Source: an uncultured virus (IMG/VR IMGVR_UViG_3300042887_005646) (Duplodnaviria; Heunggongvirae; Uroviricota; Caudoviricetes). Taken from it: a stretch of 37,922 bases of DNA. Shown here piece after piece: positions 1 through 8,800 of the stretch (the first letter of the stretch is position 1; every line of letters starts with the position of its first letter). The notes under the pieces are model-generated. The model made no database searches. It was not told the origin of the DNA and saw only the letters and a program-made list of their open reading frames with translations. Made by a program: the position numbers and the translations under genes. Location of the stretch: IMG/VR virus record IMGVR_UViG_3300042887_005646. The stretch is one strand, 5' to 3'.

Positions 1-563
1 CCTTCGGCGCCAGGGTAGAGTCTCTTTGCCATCAGTCTAATATAGGCGCCCATGTTTAGTGGTTTATCCACATCCATAAAAAGACTGCCGATATAGGTAT
101 AGCTCGTAGTGCTAAGTAGCGGAGGGCATGCCCTAAGCTCGCGGGCGAAGAACTCATACTCCTCCGGATCGCCTTTAGTAATGTCCCCGATAAAAACCTC
201 AGTCTCTAGAAAATTAGGGTAGATCTCACGGCAGACCGTGTCTGCTAGCATCATCGCGCCCGTGTTATTTGTGGTGATCCCGAACTTTTTCCTGTCGGAG
301 TCAAGCGCGCGTTTGAGGCGCCTCACTACAGTGGGGTAGATAATCCCTGCCGTTCTTTCCGTTAAGCTGTCGAACGGCGTCTCCAGAGAATGCGCGGAGT
401 TGTAGCTCTCTAATAGGCTTTGAAGCTCTCTGCTGTCGTAATAGTCATTGAGCACAATGTTTTTAGGGACAAAGGGAGACTCAGACTCGGGCCAAATATT
501 GGATAGAGTCCAGATATACCGGGCTAAAAAAATCTCAATTATATTATCGGGCCTTGTCTGCAT
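1..563 (-). CDS. Hypothetical protein, 3'-truncated by the window edge
   Basis: Not in the ORF track. Manual translation from ATG at 563 gives MQTRPDNIIEIFLARYIWTLSN...RLMAKRLYPGAE with no stop before position 1. Same strand as all other genes. Confidence 0.8.
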   Translation of the reverse strand, partial: MQTRPDNIIEIFLARYIWTLSNIWPESESPFVPKNIVLNDYYDSRELQSLLESYNSAHSLETPFDSLTERTAGIIYPTVVRRLKRALDSDRKKFGITTNNTGAMMLADTVCREIYPNFLETEVFIGDITKGDPEEYEFFARELRACPPLLSTTSYTYIGSLFMDVDKPLNMGAYIRLMAKRLYPGAE

Positions 564-649
564 GGTAACCCCATTATCTAAATATCATTATACCTTTAAC
601 ATTAAGATTAACAATGCCGCAGGCCAAAAAAGCCGTCTAAGATCGGGTG

Positions 650-1714
650 CTAAGCTACAATCTCAGCCCTGATTATCTTAGCGCAGTCATCTATAGCATC
701 GAAAATATAGGCCAAGACGGTGTCTGACTCGCCCGCGCGGGACAGGGCTTTTTTTGCTACGGCGCCTGGCGTGTGCTTACTGTCATGCTCATCGGAGACT
801 GCTTTAACAGCAAAAGGCGTAAGGATTTTCTGGAGATCCTTCAGGCGGGTCTCGACGGCTAGCTCCTGATCCAAAGTTATTGTGTCAAATGCGCGGACTC
901 GGATCGGGATGTTCGTCTCCTCCAGAAAGGACTCAAGGGACTTACTGGCCTCAGATACCTGCAGAATGTTCTCGAGCATGTCGTTCATTCTACCGAACGC
1001 CCACTTAGTATTCTCTATGTAGTAATGCGGCTCTCCGCCTGAGGGGTCTGCAAAGGTCTTAGATGCCCAGAAAATTACAGCGGCTATGGAAGCTGCAACG
1101 TCATAGGGATTAGTGAGCTTGCCGTACTCTGAGTGGGTGACCTTAGGAAACCCGGCCTCGATTGACTCCATCACCGGGTCCATGAACTTAAGAAGCTCGG
1201 AGTACTGAATTAGAGCTACCTTAAAATTGAACCTCTCGAGGGTATCTTCGCTAGACTGATTTGCTGCGAGATACCTGTCGATCTTATGAGCGAGCTCTTC
1301 GTAATTTTTATGTGAGCTCGCTTTGCACTTCGCTAGGTCTAGCTCCAGCTCTTGTGCCAGGCCCGATATTCCTTTTGCGGCCTCGCATGGGATGTCTCGA
1401 AGGATCCACAATAACTCCAGAGCCGCTGCGTGGATTCTGTCAGCCAGGACAGGCATCTCGTTGGGCGCTCCAGGAATAGGCTGCTTCTCTACAGTCTCAC
1501 TCTTAACCGGCGACGCCATAAGGTTAAGGTAGTAGCTCGGCTCTTTATATGCGCTGTAGACCCTAAACATAGTGTGAGCGCCGTATTTAATGTCTCTCTT
1601 TTTAGAGAAGGTCCCTAGAAAAAAAGGCGTTATGGCGGTGCCGGCAGTTGTATCAGGTGCGGCATACTCGTTGATGTAGCACTTTATGATCCTATAGACT
1701 AATTCGCTGTTCAT
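650..1714 (-). CDS. Hypothetical helical protein (354 aa)
   Basis: Long ORF, co-oriented with neighbours, promoter-like element upstream. No family recognised. Confidence 0.85.
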   Translation of the reverse strand: MNSELVYRIIKCYINEYAAPDTTAGTAITPFFLGTFSKKRDIKYGAHTMFRVYSAYKEPSYYLNLMASPVKSETVEKQPIPGAPNEMPVLADRIHAAALELLWILRDIPCEAAKGISGLAQELELDLAKCKASSHKNYEELAHKIDRYLAANQSSEDTLERFNFKVALIQYSELLKFMDPVMESIEAGFPKVTHSEYGKLTNPYDVAASIAAVIFWASKTFADPSGGEPHYYIENTKWAFGRMNDMLENILQVSEASKSLESFLEETNIPIRVRAFDTITLDQELAVETRLKDLQKILTPFAVKAVSDEHDSKHTPGAVAKKALSRAGESDTVLAYIFDAIDDCAKIIRAEIVA

Positions 1715-1746
1715 TTAAGCACTTGTGGCTGTTGGTGTTGTTCGGC

Positions 1747-1775
1747 GGTATAGTGAAGGGGCCGTGTACTGTCAA
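1747..1775 (-). promoter_or_regulatory. Putative sigma70-type promoter
   Basis: Minus strand TTGACA-17 nt-TATACC with an AT-rich upstream tract, about 30 nt before the ATG at 1714. Confidence 0.55.
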
Positions 1776-1810
1776 CTTGAATAAATTAATCTAATTTATG
1801 TGCTCTCTGC

Positions 1811-2815
1811 TTAGACGCCAAAAGCGTCTAAAATATAATCTAGGGTCTCATCGGGGCGGGGGCTCAAGGCTACGGCAAGCTCGAAGGCGTCGGCAAGCCT
1901 TTCTTTTAGTGTCTCATCATACCCAACTGCGAGATCTTGTCTGCCGGCATTATGTAAATTTCTCAAGCTGGCTCTTGTAGCCTCAATTTTAGTGATACTA
2001 TCGTAGAGTCGCTCTGCTTTACCGTACGGGAGGAAATTGGCGGCTAAGTGCCTGAGAAGGTCCAGGCACCTTTCAGAGGCGCTCATGTACTCTTCGTAGA
2101 TGCTCATACCCGGGGGCGCAGTTACATAAAAGTCAAACACCCCTAATTTAACTAATATTGCTTTAATTATTGCGTCCTCTCGGTAGACAGACTCGAGCCG
2201 GCTAATGAGGCTTCTGAGCTTCCTTAAGGCCACTAGCTTGTCTTTTTTAAAGGTGAGGCATTTAATAATGTCCCTTAAGACTTCAGTGGCGTAGACCTGA
2301 TTTCTCAAGCTGCCTATGTAATATCCTACGTCGTTGAGGGCTAGCTCAGGCAGAGGCGCATGCAGCTGCTCAGTCGCTAACGGGCAGTCGTGAGGGGTGT
2401 TAGTTTTGTAGTAGTTGTCTACGGCGTTAATTAATCTTCTTAAGCGGCTCTGGGCGTTGATGTACCCGCGTTCGTTCATCCTCTCTGTGATTTTGTTTAC
2501 AGCGCGAGCTTCGTGAAGAAGCTCAGTAGGCGCTGTCTGAAGATGTTTTAGCGTTTTGCTGGCGGACCCTCTATTTTCTATATCTATTAAGGGGCTAATC
2601 GAGATGTAGTCAGCCATGTTGTTTTTGCCTTCAGCGGCATAGGCTACCGGCAGAAGCTCAGTCAAAATAAAGTTAATAAGGGTCTCGGCGCGTATACTGT
2701 GGACATAGTCGTCCGCGTATGTGTCAGGTGTAACAGGAATAATGTCGCGCACTCTTCCGCCGGATTCCCTAAGAAGGTCGTTGTGAAATTCCTTTAGTGC
2801 TGAGATGTAGCCCAT
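1811..2815 (-). CDS. Hypothetical helical protein (334 aa)
   Basis: Long ORF. C-terminus (DETLDYILDAF) resembles that of the 354-aa neighbour (DTVLAYIFDAI). Confidence 0.85.
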   Translation of the reverse strand: MGYISALKEFHNDLLRESGGRVRDIIPVTPDTYADDYVHSIRAETLINFILTELLPVAYAAEGKNNMADYISISPLIDIENRGSASKTLKHLQTAPTELLHEARAVNKITERMNERGYINAQSRLRRLINAVDNYYKTNTPHDCPLATEQLHAPLPELALNDVGYYIGSLRNQVYATEVLRDIIKCLTFKKDKLVALRKLRSLISRLESVYREDAIIKAILVKLGVFDFYVTAPPGMSIYEEYMSASERCLDLLRHLAANFLPYGKAERLYDSITKIEATRASLRNLHNAGRQDLAVGYDETLKERLADAFELAVALSPRPDETLDYILDAFGV

Positions 2816-2835
2816 TCTATCACCATCTTGATATT

Positions 2836-2868
2836 AAAAAGGCCGCGGCAACCTGCAGCGGCCTTTTA
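2836..2868 (-). terminator. Intrinsic terminator, possibly bidirectional
   Basis: AAAAGGCCGC...GCGGCCTTTT hairpin with T-tracts on both strands, just after the stop of the 2875-aa gene. Confidence 0.75.
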
Positions 2869-2885
2869 ATTAGTCCTAAGACCCT

Positions 2886-5800
2886 TTAGTTACGGCATCT
2901 ATCCATAACCTCTACCAGCATGCCCTGAGTGTCTACGCCCTCGCGGGAGGCGCGTCTGACAAGTCTTGCGACCTCTCTGGCGAGCCGCCCGTAATAGGCT
3001 GCGTTGCCGCTGCCGCTCGCAATCTCATGCAGGTCATCGGAGATATCGATCGTGGGGTCAATATCTCTCTTGAGCTGCAGGAGGCAGAGCGCGTAGTGCT
3101 TCTGGTCCTCTTCGCTCGAGGTATAATCCGACTCATTGCACGGAATATCGAGTTCCGTGGCAAAGATGCAGATAGCGTTTTTGCCGTAGCTGCTTTCGTA
3201 AGAGGGGCGGGAGCCGTAAGAGGGACGGGAGCTGAAGGGGTTGACTCTGGCAGAGGGGGCTCTGTCGTAGTCTAAGACCTCCGTGAAGCTAGAGGTGCGC
3301 TCGGGCAGCTGAGCGGGGTTACTCATGCGTGCTTTGGGGCTAAACGCACGCTCGGGCAATCTCGAGGGCAGCTGAGCGGGCGGCCGCGAAAGGCGCGGAG
3401 AGGGGTTACTCGTGCGCTCCTTGAGGCTGCTGAACTTGTGGTCGAGCGACTCTCTGAGCGAGGCGGCCTTTCTAGCAATCTCGGGGTTACCGGGGTTAGA
3501 GACGCGCGAAGAGGGTCTGCTGTGCGCAAGTCTGTTCCGCGAGTGATCGGGGTTGGGCGTGCGCCGTTTAACCTTAAAGACGCCGGCCTCGGGGGCAAGG
3601 TCCGCGATGAGCTCTCTAATCTCAGCATTGAAAGCTCTATCGGTCGGCACAAGAGTGTTTATGTCGATAACAAGATTAGCGGGGAGGCCTCTCTTGCCTT
3701 CGATAGCGATGATGAGACGGCGCTCCTCTTTATCGGGGGAGAATCTGGATTCGTCGCCTGGGCGTCTGTTAAGCTCCAGTGCAGGGCTCTCCTGGGCGGC
3801 TCTGAGACTGGACTTAAGCGACTGGAGCTCCCTGTAGGCGCTGACGACCTTACCGGGCAGGAACTCGTCCATTGTATCAATGCCGATGCGGTCGATGTCT
3901 CGGATTGTCATCGGGCGACCGAGACGCGTGATGTTAACCCTCTGTTCGGGTGTAACTTCCCGCGGGTCAATCAGCCCGAGCGAGATAAATTTAGACTCTC
4001 CGCCGCCGCGTGCGCTGCTTTCGGCAATTGCCTTTCTGACATCCTGGAGTTCTGCATTGATGTCGTACAGCCGTTTATTGAAGGTGCGCACATTAGCCAT
4101 TACCTCGAGAGGAAGACCTTCTGGCTTTGTTCTAAGGAACTCGGTGAGGGTTGCGTAGTCACCAGCTAAGCCGCTCCTTGAGCCGATTCCGAGAATTTTC
4201 TCAAGGTCGATGCCGAGCTGCACCGTATCTGCGTCTCTGCCTTCAAACTGGTCTGGGATGCTTACCGCCAAGCGCCCGAAGAGTGTTCTCATGAGGTTGG
4301 TAAGGTAAGCTTCGCGTTTTTTATTGCTATCCGGAGGTGCAGCTGACTGGCGCTCTCCAGTCGCAATCTGATAGAGTCCTTTGAGCATATCGGAGAGCTC
4401 GTTCTCGAGCTGGATAGCGTTTGATCTCGTAGCTGAGGCTGCGGAAACTTGAGCCTCTCCGGCCTCTCTGGCTCTGCCTCCGGCACTGATCGGGACAACC
4501 TTCCCGGTGTAAACGGTGGGGCCGATAGCTGCGGCGCGCTCAAGCGCAGAAAGTCTCTGAGCAAAAGCGCCTCTAACGCCACGGGCGGCCTCTCCGCGCT
4601 GGGCTCTAGCTTCAGTAGACGTCACATCCGTGCCCTGTCGGCCAGTCGCCAGTTTCTTGGCGTAAGGAATGACGTCTTGCTTGGCCTCGAGGTAATCCGA
4701 ATACGCTGCCTGCACATAGTCAGGGAGAGATGCCCTAATAATTGCAGCTTCTTCAGCCGAGACATTTTTACGATTCTCTTTGTTGTATCTATCAATAGCA
4801 AGCTGAAGATTGCTCTGCGCGTTGATGAGATTGCTGTGCTCGATTAACCCAAGCTTAAGGTCTTCAAGTTTTTGCTGAAGCTCTTCTTGCCTGTCGTAGA
4901 CATTCTGCTGGCCGCCGCGCTCGAGTCCCGCGCGGCTTTCGACCATGTCTCTAGTGACAGATTCCCTGGGTATGTTACGCGCATTGGCAATACGCTCTAT
5001 TTCGGAATCTATTGCGCGTGTAGCCGTGTCAAGGGCACGGATCCGATTGGCCATAAAGCGCATATAGTTACCAAAGACATCTTCCGCGCTTGTGGCGACT
5101 CTGGCGAGTGACGCAATGTATTTGTTCCACTCTTTTATCTGGCCGCCAGTCTCGAGCTCGGCAAAGAAGTCTTTATAGTCATTGTTTTGGCTACTCGTGG
5201 CAAGCGGGGATGAGGGCTCCGTAAAGGTGTAAATTACCTTACCCTGAGACTGAGCCAGAGTTATACCGGCATATACACCCTCTACCGACTTTAGGGTTTT
5301 GTCGGGGTAGACCCAGATAACGTCAGAGGCTTCTACGACGGCCCTTGCCGTATTATTGGCCATCTCTTTGGCCTTTTTGCTGTCTACGATGGAGACGCCG
5401 CCCGTGCTCTTAGCGTATTCCAAAATCCGGTTATAGGTATCGCGTCGGTCAGCTGGGGTGGCGGCTTTTCTGCCCCACACCATGTCTGCGAAGCTAACTC
5501 CCTGTTCGTCCTTGTCGTAAGGGACCTCAAGGTGAACATGAATACCCAGCGCCATGGCGGACTCGGCGGCCAGCTCGCTGAAGCCCTCGTTAGCGCTAAG
5601 AACTACGAGCATTTTATCGCCGTAGTATTTTTGGGCACTGTCCAAAAGCGCGTTGAGCTTGGTAGAGAGCTTAGCGGCAATATCCGTGTCTAACTTGAAG
5701 CGCGTAATATAGGCGTCGATTCGCACTATATCCGACTCAGAGTTAGGTTTGTTGACGAGGTCCGCCCGCTTACTAGACAGGAACTCAATGTCCTGAGTGC

Positions 5801-8800
5801 GATCGGCAACCTCTGCGTCGCCCAAGATACCGATGCGTAGCGTGGGGTATCTGAGCTCCGTCTCATAGACAGGCTGACCCGCATCATCAACTTCGCCGGT
5901 AGCGACAAGCTTCACGCCAATCGCAGACTTGGCCTTAATGGCAGCGTCCTTCGCCTGCTGCGCAGTTCTGGCCCGAGTGGCGAGCTCAACACGCGCCTTA
6001 GACCGCGCCGTAAGAATCTCACCTGCCTCACCTCCGCCAGAGGCGAGGAACCCAGAGAGTTCGGCAACGGCGGCAAAAACATCGGCCTCGATTTCCTGTA
6101 TATTAGAATCTTCTGGAGATTCCTGGGTAGGGACAATCTCTTCCTTATACAAAGTTTGTTTTTTGCCTTTTTTGTCTATTGATTCAGCCCCTGTCGGGAC
6201 AAGTCTAAATCTAGGAGCAGGCTTACCTCTAAAACCTCTAATCCTAGGATGGAAAGGCTCAAGCTCTTCGTACTCGCCAAAGAGCGCGTTGACCAGTCTG
6301 CTGATGCTGGTAGCTACTTTCTTTTCGAGGTCCTGCTTAACGGCGGCGGCCGCGGCGCTGTCGACAGGAGCAGCTTTTAGTTTATCGTACCCCAGCGACG
6401 CATTTACTGCCTTAACTATAGCGTCCCTAAAGCCAGGCGGCCCCATAACTTCTCGGCCTGCCTCTTGCTGAGCCCGCATGTCAGAAAGAAGCTTCCTTCT
6501 GTTATAGATGTCTAGCTGAGACTTATACCTCGCGTTTTCGTCAGTCTCCTGGATGTACTTAAACAGGGCCGAATTAATGGCCTCTCTGAAGTCATTGAGG
6601 GAAGTTTGGGTTTGCTCTTCGCTCTCTGCCTGAGCAAGTTTTTCTTCTTTCGTGAGACTCTTTAAGACTTTATTCTCGTCGACCTCTCTAAGCATAAGGA
6701 TGGCCGTTTTTCTAGCATCCTGAGCGGCATCATACTTTTCGATACCGCTGAGCTTAACGTCAACAAAAGCGAGGTCTCCGGTGGGAGTTTTAGTGATTAG
6801 GCGGAGAGGCTTATTATTACGCGGCGAGAAGTCAAACGTAGTGATGTATGCTACGTAGTCATTAAGCGCCTGCTTGTAGGCATCTTTGCGAATAGCCTCC
6901 GCGCTGGAGCCTGCCTGAACGGCAAACCCCAGGGCCCGCTCGCGCGCTGCTGCGATTGCTGAAATTCTGGCCGTCTCAAGGGCCTTAATCTGCTCCGCGG
7001 TGTTAGCCGAGCTAGCTTTTCTGCTGGAGTAAGAAAACGTAATAAGATACTTTTTCTGGCCGTCTTCGCCTTGAACTTCCTGCAGGGCCTGAATGTCTTT
7101 AAGTGGGGTAAATGGATCGCTAGGGGCGCGCTGATCCAGATACTTAATGTAGTCCAATAACGCATCGACCGTTAAGAGAACGTTAACGCGGTCGGCGGCC
7201 TCGCTGGCCTCAATAATGTCTTTATTGATTGCCAATCTCTCTAAATCTGTGGCAACTCTAGCGTTACCTCTTATGCGACGAGCTTTTTTTCTCTCATAAC
7301 GGCTAAGCTCTACTTCGAGGTCTCGAAGTAGATTCTCTGCGCGTACCTGGCTATCACCAATAGCCCTACGACGCTCGCTAGAAGGGCCGGTGAACTCGAT
7401 CTCTTTGAGAGCGTTCCTTCCTTTCTCATCTTTAATTACTTCACAGGTGCTAAACGGCGCGGAGGGATCTTTTTTGGCCGCTTCCAGTCCTGCAAGATAC
7501 TCCTTAACTGATTTAATATAACCTTTATATTTTTCCACTCTTTCGCGAATGTCTATAGCGTGTCCGGATTTGGCTCGCTCGTCGTAAACGCGTACGCCAA
7601 AGGCCTCAGAGTATTTTGCAAAAAGGTCAATTATCGAGTTAGTGTCGCTAATCAGCGCCGTATCTCTTATTGCGTCTTTCTTGTACTCTCCGCGCTCTGT
7701 AATTCTGGACGCTATGTCAACATAACGGTGTATGGCCACGATTGAGGTAAGGATGCTAAGCTTGGCATTCGCACTCTCGCCCTTGAGTCTATCCTCACTA
7801 TCCTCACCAAAGTAAGAGATTGCCTGGTTGAGGTCCTGCTCAAGAATCGACAGCTTTTCGCCACCGATGCCGCTGACGGACTCTGCAAGTACGTACTTGT
7901 ATTCTACATTTTTAGTCGCGGGTACTAGGGGTGCGCGAGGGTCTAGGGCGTCTTTTCTCACCTGAGGCGCGGAAAAGTCGGGCACATCTAAAAACTTAGT
8001 CCTCGGGACAGTTTTTGTTATGCGGACGCCGTCCTCCTCAATTGTTCGTTCTTCCGTCAGTGCCGGGCGCTGGTCGTCCATCGGGACCAGGATCGTTTTA
8101 ACATTTAGGCTCTTAGAGCCGACTGCTGCCCGGTTCTGCTGATACGCCTGAAGAAGTGCGACAAATCTAATCGCCGCCAAGACAAAGGTGAGCTCCGCCA
8201 TGCAATTAGAAAGAGCAGTAACTAACTCATCCGGGTTATTTTTATATTTTTCTAAATCAGTGATCTCACTCAGCCTATCTGATACTTTATTCTTAAGCTT
8301 AAAGCCTGAGAGTGACTCAGTTATATCTCCGCGCTCTTCCGTGAGCTTATCGACCCTATTCCTGATGATACCGTAAATGGGTTTGCCAGTTTTCGCATCT
8401 ATTCCAATAAAGTAACAAGGCTCAGGGCTTTCCGGATTGACGAATGCCTGTGATCTGACCTGCTCGGCGGCAGATTTAGACAGCTCAGCTATTTCGCGAT
8501 CGATAGACTGAATCTCACTAAAGGATTTAGCAGCAAAGGCCTTAGTTCTCTCATCATCATATTCCAGCTCGGCCATGCTGCTAACGCGATAGAAGATTTG
8601 TATAGCCTTTCGCACTCTCGCAGAGCGTCTCGCTATATACTTAGCCTCTTCCGAATCGCCCGATGTGTCTGAGGCGAGACCAGCTAAAGTTCGCGTAAAT
8701 ACACCCAGGTTAGAAATCTCATTGGCCTTAAAACCAATAGCTCTAACAAGCGCGGAGATAAACTCCGCCGCCTTAGAGCTATCTCCTGCTGCGAGCTCTG

